Positions 8,316 to 21,281 of a stretch of DNA of 44,614 bases are shown here, piece by piece (positions within the stretch are counted from its first letter, which is position 1; each line of letters begins with the position of its first letter). The translations under genes and the position numbers were made by a program. The stretch is from Azolla caroliniana (lineage: Eukaryota > Plantae > Polypodiophyta), in the NCBI GenBank assembly GCA_043228905.1, contig JBHGNT010000253.1, forward strand, positions 1 to 44,614, read 5' to 3'. The notes below the pieces were generated by a model. The model ran no database searches and was not told the origin of the DNA. It saw only the letters and a program-made list of their open reading frames with translations.

Positions 8316-9438
8316 AGAACGTACATAACTTTTTCAACTATACACTTTCTGAACATCGTAAATGTAAATGGTGTGCTCTGTGTGGTGTCTTGACGTTCTC
8401 ATAACCCTCTCAATCATATTTCTCCCACGCTCGCGCACAACACGCACGCACGCACGCACGATCAGGTCGCGTGCCCTCGCTCGCTCATTGCACAAGCAAA
8501 ATGAAACTCCACGCACACATGATTAGGTAACGTGCCCACACGCACACTACCCACTCCCACCCTACCTATATCTATCTCTATCCATCTATCGCTATCTCTC
8601 TCACGAGCAACGCGAAACTCGTCAAACGTCGATGCCATCACAATGTTGTATTGAAGCCACCCTCATACAATGCCGTGTCTCGCCGTACCATGATGTGCGC
8701 AATAGTAGTGGCTGATCGTAACTCCTACTACAAACATGATTCCACATGAAATTCCCATGTCTATCTACCATTTTCATCATCGTGTGAACCAACCAACCCA
8801 CGCATGTTTCACCTAGAAATGTTGTCCTTGAATGGTGCCACCTTCATATTCCTCCGGTGGTTGCAGCGTCCACAACGACGACGGATCTTGTAATCACAAT
8901 GAAAACGCGTGTCGTCGTCCGTATGTTGGTCGCAATGGATTCTAAACCCCCTCGTGGCCACAACCACCGATAACGTTTTCGTGGAGAGAACCAACACCCT
9001 AAAAACCTTTTCTCACCACCTTATCCTCGTTTTACGAGGCCCATACGCACTCTACAACCTCAATGGCATCACATGTGTAGGTGGCTATCATGAGGTTACA
9101 TACTGTCTACGTTGCAATATGGACGAAGCGTCCATAGGTTAGTAGATTTGAAATGCCCAAGTGCATAATCCCACTCCTGGTGTGATGGAGGTGAGTATAG
9201 GGCTAGTGATATGGTAGGTCGAAGCAGGAGGATCCTGGACACGTAAAGGGGGGTGGATAAAAGTGAATGGTCTCTTCCGTGGCCCAAGTATGGATCATGC
9301 CATTAACGTCTATAGGAATGGACGTGGGAAGGGACATGCATGTACTAGACATGCATGGCCTTGTGTATATAAGGGTGGATCAACCATGACACACTCAAAT
9401 AGGCGGAGAGAGAACCGGGGTAGTTCCGAACACAAGCA

Positions 9439-10476
9439 ATGGCGAAGCTCACTATCATATTCCTCATGGCGGTTATCATGCTAGCCGCCTGCGGCGCGGC
9501 CAATGCTAGATCTGTAGGACGGGATCGCGAAGAGGAGAGGCGCGATCGACGTAGGGAGGAGGATGTCGACGAGGAGAGGCGCAGCGGACGTCGTGAGGGA
9601 TCCATCGATGAGAGGCGCTACAGAGACAACAAGAGAGAGTCGGATGAGGACCGGGATCGTCGCAGTCACGATCGCGATGAGCCACGTGAGGAGAGGCGCG
9701 ATCGACGCAGGGAGGAGGATTTCGATGAGGAGAGGCGCGGGGGACGTCGCGAGGGGTCCATCGAGGAGGGGCGCTACGGAGACAACAAGAGAGAGTCCGA
9801 AGAGGAACGGGATCGTCGCGGTCGCGATCGTGATGAGTCACGTGACGAGAGGCGCGATCGACGCAGGGAGGAGGATGTCGAGCAGGAGAGGCGCGACCGA
9901 CGTCGTGAAGGATCCCTCGATGAAGGACGTCGCAGAGACAACAAGAGAGAGTCCGAAGAGGAACGGGATCGTCGCGGCCGCGATCGCGATGAGCCACGAG
10001 ACCGAGAGTTGAGGCAAGAGTGCCAAAACTTCGTCGATAGGCAGGTCCGCCACCTACAAGAACGTAATGAGAAGGAAGAACGTGGACGAAGCCGTCGCAC
10101 CTCTTGGGATGAAATCAGCCGATATGCAAGGCCCTCCGAAAGATGCTGCAGGAACGTGGAACAAATCCCCGTAGAAGAGCGTTGCAACCGCCTCCGCGAG
10201 GCCTTATACATTAGCGGAGAAGAGGCACGCAATGATGGTCACCGCCATAACCAAGTGTCAAGGGAACGTCGTCAATGGGAAGAGGATGCCGAGCGAGAGA
10301 GAGACAGTAGCGAGCGCGAGGAGGACGAGCGCCGTTATCGCATGACCGGACGACAAGATGAGGAACAACGTCGTCGTTTCAAGGCCGGTGAGGAGGAACA
10401 ACTTCTAAGCGTGGCAACCTCTCGCCTTCTCCAACAATGTGATCTTCGCCCACGCGCTTGTATTCGCCACTTTTAA
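9439..10476 (+). CDS. 2S albumin-like Arg-rich storage protein, copy 5 (R59, N271)
   Basis: 345-aa ORF identical to copy 1. Confidence 0.9.
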   Translation: MAKLTIIFLMAVIMLAACGAANARSVGRDREEERRDRRREEDVDEERRSGRREGSIDERRYRDNKRESDEDRDRRSHDRDEPREERRDRRREEDFDEERRGGRREGSIEEGRYGDNKRESEEERDRRGRDRDESRDERRDRRREEDVEQERRDRRREGSLDEGRRRDNKRESEEERDRRGRDRDEPRDRELRQECQNFVDRQVRHLQERNEKEERGRSRRTSWDEISRYARPSERCCRNVEQIPVEERCNRLREALYISGEEARNDGHRHNQVSRERRQWEEDAERERDSSEREEDERRYRMTGRQDEEQRRRFKAGEEEQLLSVATSRLLQQCDLRPRACIRHF

Positions 10477-11599
10477 AGAACGTACATAACTTTTTCAACT
10501 ATACACTTTCTGAACATCGTAAATGTAAATGGTGTGCTCTGTGTGGTGTCTTGACGTTCTCATAACCCTCTCAATCATATTTCTCCCACGCTCGCGCACA
10601 ACACGCACGCACGCACGCACGATCAGGTCGCGTGCCCTCGCTCGCTCATTGCACAAGCAAAATGAAACTCCACGCACACATGATTAGGTAACGTGCCCAC
10701 ACGCACACTACCCACTCCCACCCTACCTATATCTATCTCTATCCATCTATCGCTATCTCTCTCACGAGCAACGCGAAACTCGTCAAACGTCGATGCCATC
10801 ACAATGTTGTATTGAAGCCACCCTCATACAATGCCGTGTCTCGCCGTACCATGATGTGCGCAATAGTAGTGGCTGATCGTAACTCCTACTACAAACATGA
10901 TTCCACATGAAATTCCCATGTCTATCTACCATTTTCATCATCGTGTGAACCAACCAACCCACGCATGTTTCACCTAGAAATGTTGTCCTTGAATGGTGCC
11001 ACCTTCATATTCCTCCGGTGGTTGCAGCGTCCACAACGACGACGGATCTTGTAATCACAATGAAAACGCGTGTCGTCGTCCGTATGTTGGTCGCAATGGA
11101 TTCTAAACCCCCTCGTGGCCACAACCACCGATAACGTTTTCGTGGAGAGAACCAACACCCTAAAAACCTTTTCTCACCACCTTATCCTCGTTTTACGAGG
11201 CCCATACGCACTCTACAACCTCAATGGCATCACATGTGTAGGTGGCTATCATGAGGTTACATACTGTCTACGTTGCAATATGGACGAAGCGTCCATAGGT
11301 TAGTAGATTTGAAATGCCCAAGTGCATAATCCCACTCCTGGTGTGATGGAGGTGAGTATAGGGCTAGTGATATGGTAGGTCGAAGCAGGAGGATCCTGGA
11401 CACGTAAAGGGGGGTGGATAAAAGTGAATGGTCTCTTCCGTGGCCCAAGTATGGATCATGCCATTAACGTCTATAGGAATGGACGTGGGAAGGGACATGC
11501 ATGTACTAGACATGCATGGCCTTGTGTATATAAGGGTGGATCAACCATGACACACTCAAATAGGCGGAGAGAGAACCGGGGTAGTTCCGAACACAAGCA

Positions 11600-12637
11600 A
11601 TGGCGAAGCTCACTATCATATTCCTCATGGCGGTTATCATGCTAGCCGCCTGCGGCGCGGCCAATGCTAGATCTGTAGGACGGGATCGCGAAGAGGAGAG
11701 GCGCGATCGACGTAGGGAGGAGGATGTCGACGAGGAGAGGCGCAGCGGACGTCGTGAGGGATCCATCGATGAGAGGCGCTACAGAGACAACAAGAGAGAG
11801 TCGGATGAGGACCGGGATCGTCGCAGTCACGATCGCGATGAGCCACGTGAGGAGAGGCGCGATCGACGCAGGGAGGAGGATTTCGATGAGGAGAGGCGCG
11901 GGGGACGTCGCGAGGGGTCCATCGAGGAGGGGCGCTACGGAGACAACAAGAGAGAGTCCGAAGAGGAACAGGATCGTCGCGGTCGCGATCGTGATGAGTC
12001 ACGTGACGAGAGGCGCGATCGACGCAGGGAGGAGGATGTCGAGCAGGAGAGGCGCGACCGACGTCGTGAAGGATCCCTCGATGAAGGACGTCGCAGAGAC
12101 AACAAGAGAGAGTCCGAAGAGGAACGGGATCGTCGCGGCCGCGATCGCGATGAGCCACGAGACCGAGAGTTGAGGCAAGAGTGCCAAAACTTCGTCGATA
12201 GGCAGGTCCGCCACCTACAAGAACGTAATGAGAAGGAAGAACGTGGACGAAGCCGTCGCACCTCTTGGGATGAAATCAGCCGATATGCAAGGCCCTCCGA
12301 AAGATGCTGCAGGAACGTGGAACAAATCCCCGTAGAAGAGCGTTGCAACCGCCTCCGCGAGGCCTTATACATTAGCGGAGAAGAGGCACGCAATGATGGT
12401 CACCGCCATAACCAAGTGTCAAGGGAACGTCGTCAATGGGAAGAGGATGCCGAGCGAGAGAGAGACAGTAGCGAGCGCGAGGAGGACGAGCGCCGTTATC
12501 GCATGACCGGACGACAAGATGAGGAACAACGTCGTCGTTTCAAGGCCGGTGAGGAGGAACAACTTCTAAGCGTGGCAACCTCTCGCCTTCTCCAACAATG
12601 TGATCTTCGCCCACGCGCTTGTATTCGCCACTTTTAA
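11600..12637 (+). CDS. 2S albumin-like Arg-rich storage protein, copy 6 (private R124Q)
   Basis: 345-aa ORF with CGG>CAG at 11970. Confidence 0.9.
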   Translation: MAKLTIIFLMAVIMLAACGAANARSVGRDREEERRDRRREEDVDEERRSGRREGSIDERRYRDNKRESDEDRDRRSHDRDEPREERRDRRREEDFDEERRGGRREGSIEEGRYGDNKRESEEEQDRRGRDRDESRDERRDRRREEDVEQERRDRRREGSLDEGRRRDNKRESEEERDRRGRDRDEPRDRELRQECQNFVDRQVRHLQERNEKEERGRSRRTSWDEISRYARPSERCCRNVEQIPVEERCNRLREALYISGEEARNDGHRHNQVSRERRQWEEDAERERDSSEREEDERRYRMTGRQDEEQRRRFKAGEEEQLLSVATSRLLQQCDLRPRACIRHF

Positions 12638-13760
12638 AGAACGTACATAACTTTTTCAACTATACACTTTCTGAACATCGTAAATGTAAATGGTGTGCTC
12701 TGTGTGGTGTCTTGACGTTCTCATAACCCTCTCAATCATATTTCTCCCACGCTCGCGCACAACACGCACGCACGCACGCACGATCAGGTCGCGTGCCCTC
12801 GCTCGCTCATTGCACAAGCAAAATGAAACTCCACGCACACATGATTAGGTAACGTGCCCACACGCACACTACCCACTCCCACCCTACCTATATCTATCTC
12901 TATCCATCTATCGCTATCTCTCTCACGAGCAACGCGAAACTCGTCAAACGTCGATGCCATCACAATGTTGTATTGAAGCCACCCTCATACAATGCCGTGT
13001 CTCGCCGTACCATGATGTGCGCAATAGTAGTGGCTGATCGTAACTCCTACTACAAACATGATTCCACATGAAATTCCCATGTCTATCTACCATTTTCATC
13101 ATCGTGTGAACCAACCAACCCACGCATGTTTCACCTAGAAATGTTGTCCTTGAATGGTGCCACCTTCATATTCCTCCGGTGGTTGCAGCGTCCACAACGA
13201 CGACGGATCTTGTAATCACAATGAAAACGCGTGTCGTCGTCCGTATGTTGGTCGCAATGGATTCTAAACCCCCTCGTGGCCACAACCACCGATAACGTTT
13301 TCGTGGAGAGAACCAACACCCTAAAAACCTTTTCTCACCACCTTATCCTCGTTTTACGAGGCCCATACGCACTCTACAACCTCAATGGCATCACATGTGT
13401 AGGTGGCTATCATGAGGTTACATACTGTCTACGTTGCAATATGGACGAAGCGTCCATAGGTTAGTAGATTTGAAATGCCCAAGTGCATAATCCCACTCCT
13501 GGTGTGATGGAGGTGAGTATAGGGCTAGTGATATGGTAGGTCGAAGCAGGAGGATCCTGGACACGTAAAGGGGGGTGGATAAAAGTGAATGGTCTCTTCC
13601 GTGGCCCAAGTATGGATCATGCCATTAACGTCTATAGGAATGGACGTGGGAAGGGACATGCATGTACTAGACATGCATGGCCTTGTGTATATAAGGGTGG
13701 ATCAACCATGACACACTCAAATAGGCGGAGAGAGAACCGGGGTAGTTCCGAACACAAGCA

Positions 13761-14798
13761 ATGGCGAAGCTCACTATCATATTCCTCATGGCGGTTATCA
13801 TGCTAGCCGCCTGCGGCGCGGCCAATGCTAGATCTGTAGGACGGGATCGCGAAGAGGAGAGGCGCGATCGACGTAGGGAGGAGGATGTCGACGAGGAGAG
13901 GCGCAGCGGACGTCGTGAGGGATCCATCGATGAGAGGCGCTACAGAGACAACAAGAGAGAGTCGGATGAGGACCGGGATCGTCGCAGTCACGATCGCGAT
14001 GAGCCACGTGAGGAGAGGCGCGATCGACGCAGGGAGGAGGATTTCGATGAGGAGAGGCGCGGGGGACGTCGCGAGGGGTCCATCGAGGAGGGGCGCTACG
14101 GAGACAACAAGAGAGAGTCCGAAGAGGAACGGGATCGTCGCGGTCGCGATCGTGATGAGTCACGTGACGAGAGGCGCGATCGACGCAGGGAGGAGGATGT
14201 CGAGCAGGAGAGGCGCGACCGACGTCGTGAAGGATCCCTCGATGAAGGACGTCGCAGAGACAACAAGAGAGAGTCCGAAGAGGAACGGGATCGTCGCGGC
14301 CGCGATCGCGATGAGCCACGAGACCGAGAGTTGAGGCAAGAGTGCCAAAACTTCGTCGATAGGCAGGTCCGCCACCTACAAGAACGTAATGAGAAGGAAG
14401 AACGTGGACGAAGCCGTCGCACCTCTTGGGATGAAATCAGCCGATATGCAAGGCCCTCCGAAAGATGCTGCAGGAACGTGGAACAAATCCCCGTAGAAGA
14501 GCGTTGCAACCGCCTCCGCGAGGCCTTATACATTAGCGGAGAAGAGGCACGCAATGATGGTCACCGCCATAACCAAGTGTCAAGGGAACGTCGTCAATGG
14601 GAAGAGGATGCCGAGCGAGAGAGAGACAGTAGCGAGCGCGAGGAGGACGAGCGCCGTTATCGCATGACCGGACGACAAGATGAGGAACAACGTCGTCGTT
14701 TCAAGGCCGGTGAGGAGGAACAACTTCTAAGCGTGGCAACCTCTCGCCTTCTCCAACAATGTGATCTTCGCCCACGCGCTTGTATTCGCCACTTTTAA
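13761..14798 (+). CDS. 2S albumin-like Arg-rich storage protein, copy 7 (R59, N271)
   Basis: 345-aa ORF identical to copy 1. Confidence 0.9.
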   Translation: MAKLTIIFLMAVIMLAACGAANARSVGRDREEERRDRRREEDVDEERRSGRREGSIDERRYRDNKRESDEDRDRRSHDRDEPREERRDRRREEDFDEERRGGRREGSIEEGRYGDNKRESEEERDRRGRDRDESRDERRDRRREEDVEQERRDRRREGSLDEGRRRDNKRESEEERDRRGRDRDEPRDRELRQECQNFVDRQVRHLQERNEKEERGRSRRTSWDEISRYARPSERCCRNVEQIPVEERCNRLREALYISGEEARNDGHRHNQVSRERRQWEEDAERERDSSEREEDERRYRMTGRQDEEQRRRFKAGEEEQLLSVATSRLLQQCDLRPRACIRHF

Positions 14799-15921
14799 AG
14801 AACGTACATAACTTTTTCAACTATACACTTTCTGAACATCGTAAATGTAAATGGTGTGCTCTGTGTGGTGTCTTGACGTTCTCATAACCCTCTCAATCAT
14901 ATTTCTCCCACGCTCGCGCACAACACGCACGCACGCACGCACGATCAGGTCGCGTGCCCTCGCTCGCTCATTGCACAAGCAAAATGAAACTCCACGCACA
15001 CATGATTAGGTAACGTGCCCACACGCACACTACCCACTCCCACCCTACCTATATCTATCTCTATCCATCTATCGCTATCTCTCTCACGAGCAACGCGAAA
15101 CTCGTCAAACGTCGATGCCATCACAATGTTGTATTGAAGCCACCCTCATACAATGCCGTGTCTCGCCGTACCATGATGTGCGCAATAGTAGTGGCTGATC
15201 GTAACTCCTACTACAAACATGATTCCACATGAAATTCCCATGTCTATCTACCATTTTCATCATCGTGTGAACCAACCAACCCACGCATGTTTCACCTAGA
15301 AATGTTGTCCTTGAATGGTGCCACCTTCATATTCCTCCGGTGGTTGCAGCGTCCACAACGACGACGGATCTTGTAATCACAATGAAAACGCGTGTCGTCG
15401 TCCGTATGTTGGTCGCAATGGATTCTAAACCCCCTCGTGGCCACAACCACCGATAACGTTTTCGTGGAGAGAACCAACACCCTAAAAACCTTTTCTCACC
15501 ACCTTATCCTCGTTTTACGAGGCCCATACGCACTCTACAACCTCAATGGCATCACATGTGTAGGTGGCTATCATGAGGTTACATACTGTCTACGTTGCAA
15601 TATGGACGAAGCGTCCATAGGTTAGTAGATTTGAAATGCCCAAGTGCATAATCCCACTCCTGGTGTGATGGAGGTGAGTATAGGGCTAGTGATATGGTAG
15701 GTCGAAGCAGGAGGATCCTGGACACGTAAAGGGGGGTGGATAAAAGTGAATGGTCTCTTCCGTGGCCCAAGTATGGATCATGCCATTAACGTCTATAGGA
15801 ATGGACGTGGGAAGGGACATGCATGTACTAGACATGCATGGCCTTGTGTATATAAGGGTGGATCAACCATGACACACTCAAATAGGCGGAGAGAGAACCG
15901 GGGTAGTTCCGAACACAAGCA

Positions 15922-16959
15922 ATGGCGAAGCTCACTATCATATTCCTCATGGCGGTTATCATGCTAGCCGCCTGCGGCGCGGCCAATGCTAGATCTGTAG
16001 GACGGGATCGCGAAGAGGAGAGGCGCGATCGACGTAGGGAGGAGGATGTCGACGAGGAGAGGCGCAGCGGACGTCGTGAGGGATCCATCGATGAGAGGCG
16101 CTACAGAGACAACAAGAGAGAGTCGGATGAGGACCGGGATCGTCGCAGTCACGATCGCGATGAGCCACGTGAGGAGAGGCGCGATCGACGCAGGGAGGAG
16201 GATTTCGATGAGGAGAGGCGCGGGGGACGTCGCGAGGGGTCCATCGAGGAGGGGCGCTACGGAGACAACAAGAGAGAGTCCGAAGAGGAACGGGATCGTC
16301 GCGGTCGCGATCGTGATGAGTCACGTGACGAGAGGCGCGATCGACGCAGGGAGGAGGATGTCGAGCAGGAGAGGCGCGACCGACGTCGTGAAGGATCCCT
16401 CGATGAAGGACGTCGCAGAGACAACAAGAGAGAGTCCGAAGAGGAACGGGATCGTCGCGGCCGCGATCGCGATGAGCCACGAGACCGAGAGTTGAGGCAA
16501 GAGTGCCAAAACTTCGTCGATAGGCAGGTCCGCCACCTACAAGAACGTAATGAGAAGGAAGAACGTGGACGAAGCCGTCGCACCTCTTGGGATGAAATCA
16601 GCCGATATGCAAGGCCCTCCGAAAGATGCTGCAGGAACGTGGAACAAATCCCCGTAGAAGAGCGTTGCAACCGCCTCCGCGAGGCCTTATACATTAGCGG
16701 AGAAGAGGCACGCAATGATGGTCACCGCCATAACCAAGTGTCAAGGGAACGTCGTCAATGGGAAGAGGATGCCGAGCGAGAGAGAGACAGTAGCGAGCGC
16801 GAGGAGGACGAGCGCCGTTATCGCATGACCGGACGACAAGATGAGGAACAACGTCGTCGTTTCAAGGCCGGTGAGGAGGAACAACTTCTAAGCGTGGCAA
16901 CCTCTCGCCTTCTCCAACAATGTGATCTTCGCCCACGCGCTTGTATTCGCCACTTTTAA
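15922..16959 (+). CDS. 2S albumin-like Arg-rich storage protein, copy 8 (R59, N271)
   Basis: 345-aa ORF identical to copy 1. Confidence 0.9.
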   Translation: MAKLTIIFLMAVIMLAACGAANARSVGRDREEERRDRRREEDVDEERRSGRREGSIDERRYRDNKRESDEDRDRRSHDRDEPREERRDRRREEDFDEERRGGRREGSIEEGRYGDNKRESEEERDRRGRDRDESRDERRDRRREEDVEQERRDRRREGSLDEGRRRDNKRESEEERDRRGRDRDEPRDRELRQECQNFVDRQVRHLQERNEKEERGRSRRTSWDEISRYARPSERCCRNVEQIPVEERCNRLREALYISGEEARNDGHRHNQVSRERRQWEEDAERERDSSEREEDERRYRMTGRQDEEQRRRFKAGEEEQLLSVATSRLLQQCDLRPRACIRHF

Positions 16960-18082
16960 AGAACGTACATAACTTTTTCAACTATACACTTTCTGAACAT
17001 CGTAAATGTAAATGGTGTGCTCTGTGTGGTGTCTTGACGTTCTCATAACCCTCTCAATCATATTTCTCCCACGCTCGCGCACAACACGCACGCACGCACG
17101 CACGATCAGGTCGCGTGCCCTCGCTCGCTCATTGCACAAGCAAAATGAAACTCCACGCACACATGATTAGGTAACGTGCCCACACGCACACTACCCACTC
17201 CCACCCTACCTATATCTATCTCTATCCATCTATCGCTATCTCTCTCACGAGCAACGCGAAACTCGTCAAACGTCGATGCCATCACAATGTTGTATTGAAG
17301 CCACCCTCATACAATGCCGTGTCTCGCCGTACCATGATGTGCGCAATAGTAGTGGCTGATCGTAACTCCTACTACAAACATGATTCCACATGAAATTCCC
17401 ATGTCTATCTACCATTTTCATCATCGTGTGAACCAACCAACCCACGCATGTTTCACCTAGAAATGTTGTCCTTGAATGGTGCCACCTTCATATTCCTCCG
17501 GTGGTTGCAGCGTCCACAACGACGACGGATCTTGTAATCACAATGAAAACGCGTGTCGTCGTCCGTATGTTGGTCGCAATGGATTCTAAACCCCCTCGTG
17601 GCCACAACCACCGATAACGTTTTCGTGGAGAGAACCAACACCCTAAAAACCTTTTCTCACCACCTTATCCTCGTTTTACGAGGCCCATACGCACTCTACA
17701 ACCTCAATGGCATCACATGTGTAGGTGGCTATCATGAGGTTACATACTGTCTACGTTGCAATATGGACGAAGCGTCCATAGGTTAGTAGATTTGAAATGC
17801 CCAAGTGCATAATCCCACTCCTGGTGTGATGGAGGTGAGTATAGGGCTAGTGATATGGTAGGTCGAAGCAGGAGGATCCTGGACACGTAAAGGGGGGTGG
17901 ATAAAAGTGAATGGTCTCTTCCGTGGCCCAAGTATGGATCATGCCATTAACGTCTATAGGAATGGACGTGGGAAGGGACATGCATGTACTAGACATGCAT
18001 GGCCTTGTGTATATAAGGGTGGATCAACCATGACACACTCAAATAGGCGGAGAGAGAACTGGGGTAGTTCCGAACACAAGCA

Positions 18083-19120
18083 ATGGCGAAGCTCACTATC
18101 ATATTCCTCATGGCGGTTATCATGCTAGCCGCCTGCGGCGCGGCCAATGCTAGATCTGTAGGACGGGATCGCGAAGAGGAGAGGCGCGATCGACGTAGGG
18201 AGGAGGATGTCGACGAGGAGAGGCGCAGCGGACGTCGTGAGGGATCCATCGATGAGAGGCGCTACAGAGACAACAAGAGAGAGTCGGATGAGGACCGGGA
18301 TCGTCGCAGTCACGATCGCGATGAGCCACGTGAGGAGAGGCGCGATCGACGCAGGGAGGAGGATTTCGATGAGGAGAGGCGCGGGGGACGTCGCGAGGGG
18401 TCCATCGAGGAGGGGCGCTACGGAGACAACAAGAGAGAGTCCGAAGAGGAACGGGATCGTCGCGGTCGCGATCGTGATGAGTCACGTGACGAGAGGCGCG
18501 ATCGACGCAGGGAGGAGGATGTCGAGCAGGAGAGGCGCGACCGACGTCGTGAAGGATCCCTCGATGAAGGACGTCGCAGAGACAACAAGAGAGAGTCCGA
18601 AGAGGAACGGGATCGTCGCGGCCGCGATCGCGATGAGCCACGAGACCGAGAGTTGAGGCAAGAGTGCCAAAACTTCGTCGATAGGCAGGTCCGCCACCTA
18701 CAAGAACGTAATGAGAAGGAAGAACGTGGACGAAGCCGTCGCACCTCTTGGGATGAAATCAGCCGATATGCAAGGCCCTCCGAAAGATGCTGCAGGAACG
18801 TGGAACAAATCCCCGTAGAAGAGCGTTGCAACCGCCTCCGCGAGGCCTTATACATTAGCGGAGAAGAGGCACGCAATGATGGTCACCGCCATAGCCAAGT
18901 GTCAAGGGAACGTCGTCAATGGGAAGAGGATGCCGAGCGAGAGAGAGACAGTAGCGAGCGCGAGGAGGACGAGCGCCGTTATCGCATGACCGGACGACAA
19001 GATGAGGAACAACGTCGTCGTTTCAAGGCCGGTGAGGAGGAACAACTTCTAAGCGTGGCAACCTCTCGCCTTCTCCAACAATGTGATCTTCGCCCACGCG
19101 CTTGTATTCGCCACTTTTAA
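18083..19120 (+). CDS. 2S albumin-like Arg-rich storage protein, copy 9 (S271)
   Basis: 345-aa ORF with AAC>AGC at 18894, plus a private C>T at 18060 in the putative 5' UTR. Confidence 0.9.
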   Translation: MAKLTIIFLMAVIMLAACGAANARSVGRDREEERRDRRREEDVDEERRSGRREGSIDERRYRDNKRESDEDRDRRSHDRDEPREERRDRRREEDFDEERRGGRREGSIEEGRYGDNKRESEEERDRRGRDRDESRDERRDRRREEDVEQERRDRRREGSLDEGRRRDNKRESEEERDRRGRDRDEPRDRELRQECQNFVDRQVRHLQERNEKEERGRSRRTSWDEISRYARPSERCCRNVEQIPVEERCNRLREALYISGEEARNDGHRHSQVSRERRQWEEDAERERDSSEREEDERRYRMTGRQDEEQRRRFKAGEEEQLLSVATSRLLQQCDLRPRACIRHF

Positions 19121-20243
19121 AGAACGTACATAACTTTTTCAACTATACACTTTCTGAACATCGTAAATGTAAATGGTGTGCTCTGTGTGGTGTCTTGACG
19201 TTCTCATAACCCTCTCAATCATATTTCTCCCACGCTCGCGCACAACACGCACGCACGCACGCACGATCAGGTCGCGTGCCCTCGCTCGCTCATTGCACAA
19301 GCAAAATGAAACTCCACGCACACATGATTAGGTAACGTGCCCACACGCACACTACCCACTCCCACCCTACCTATATCTATCTCTATCCATCTATCGCTAT
19401 CTCTCTCACGAGCAACGCGAAACTCGTCAAACGTCGATGCCATCACAATGTTGTATTGAAGCCACCCTCATACAATGCCGTGTCTCGCCGTACCATGATG
19501 TGCGCAATAGTAGTGGCTGATCGTAACTCCTACTACAAACATGATTCCACATGAAATTCCCATGTCTATCTACCATTTTCATCATCGTGTGAACCAACCA
19601 ACCCACGCATGTTTCACCTAGAAATGTTGTCCTTGAATGGTGCCACCTTCATATTCCTCCGGTGGTTGCAGCGTCCACAACGACGACGGATCTTGTAATC
19701 ACAATGAAAACGCGTGTCGTCGTCCGTATGTTGGTCGCAATGGATTCTAAACCCCCTCGTGGCCACAACCACCGATAACGTTTTCGTGGAGAGAACCAAC
19801 ACCCTAAAAACCTTTTCTCACCACCTTATCCTCGTTTTACGAGGCCCATACGCACTCTACAACCTCAATGGCATCACATGTGTAGGTGGCTATCATGAGG
19901 TTACATACTGTCTACGTTGCAATATGGACGAAGCGTCCATAGGTTAGTAGATTTGAAATGCCCAAGTGCATAATCCCACTCCTGGTGTGATGGAGGTGAG
20001 TATAGGGCTAGTGATATGGTAGGTCGAAGCAGGAGGATCCTGGACACGTAAAGGGGGGTGGATAAAAGTGAATGGTCTCTTCCGTGGCCCAAGTATGGAT
20101 CATGCCATTAACGTCTATAGGAATGGACGTGGGAAGGGACATGCATGTACTAGACATGCATGGCCTTGTGTATATAAGGGTGGATCAACCATGACACACT
20201 CAAATAGGCGGAGAGAGAACCGGGGTAGTTCCGAACACAAGCA

Positions 20244-21281
20244 ATGGCGAAGCTCACTATCATATTCCTCATGGCGGTTATCATGCTAGCCGCCTGCGGC
20301 GCGGCCAATGCTAGATCTGTAGGACGGGATCGCGAAGAGGAGAGGCGCGATCGACGTAGGGAGGAGGATGTCGACGAGGAGAGGCGCAGCGGACGTCGTG
20401 AGGGATCCATCGATGAGAGGCGCTACAGAGACAACAAGAGAGAGTCGGATGAGGACCGGGATCGTCGCAGTCACGATCGCGATGAGCCACGTGAGGAGAG
20501 GCGCGATCGACGCAGGGAGGAGGATTTCGATGAGGAGAGGCGCGGGGGACGTCGCGAGGGGTCCATCGAGGAGGGGCGCTACGGAGACAACAAGAGAGAG
20601 TCCGAAGAGGAACGGGATCGTCGCGGTCGCGATCGTGATGAGTCACGTGACGAGAGGCGCGATCGACGCAGGGAGGAGGATGTCGAGCAGGAGAGGCGCG
20701 ACCGACGTCGTGAAGGATCCCTCGATGAAGGACGTCGCAGAGACAACAAGAGAGAGTCCGAAGAGGAACGGGATCGTCGCGGCCGCGATCGCGATGAGCC
20801 ACGAGACCGAGAGTTGAGGCAAGAGTGCCAAAACTTCGTCGATAGGCAGGTCCGCCACCTACAAGAACGTAATGAGAAGGAAGAACGTGGACGAAGCCGT
20901 CGCACCTCTTGGGATGAAATCAGCCGATATGCAAGGCCCTCCGAAAGATGCTGCAGGAACGTGGAACAAATCCCCGTAGAAGAGCGTTGCAACCGCCTCC
21001 GCGAGGCCTTATACATTAGCGGAGAAGAGGCACGCAATGATGGTCACCGCCATAGCCAAGTGTCAAGGGAACGTCGTCAATGGGAAGAGGATGCCGAGCG
21101 AGAGAGAGACAGTAGCGAGCGCGAGGAGGACGAGCGCCGTTATCGCATGACCGGACGACAAGATGAGGAACAACGTCGTCGTTTCAAGGCCGGTGAGGAG
21201 GAACAACTTCTAAGCGTGGCAACCTCTCGCCTTCTCCAACAATGTGATCTTCGCCCACGCGCTTGTATTCGCCACTTTTAA
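20244..21281 (+). CDS. 2S albumin-like Arg-rich storage protein, copy 10 (S271)
   Basis: 345-aa ORF, N271S. Confidence 0.9.
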   Translation: MAKLTIIFLMAVIMLAACGAANARSVGRDREEERRDRRREEDVDEERRSGRREGSIDERRYRDNKRESDEDRDRRSHDRDEPREERRDRRREEDFDEERRGGRREGSIEEGRYGDNKRESEEERDRRGRDRDESRDERRDRRREEDVEQERRDRRREGSLDEGRRRDNKRESEEERDRRGRDRDEPRDRELRQECQNFVDRQVRHLQERNEKEERGRSRRTSWDEISRYARPSERCCRNVEQIPVEERCNRLREALYISGEEARNDGHRHSQVSRERRQWEEDAERERDSSEREEDERRYRMTGRQDEEQRRRFKAGEEEQLLSVATSRLLQQCDLRPRACIRHF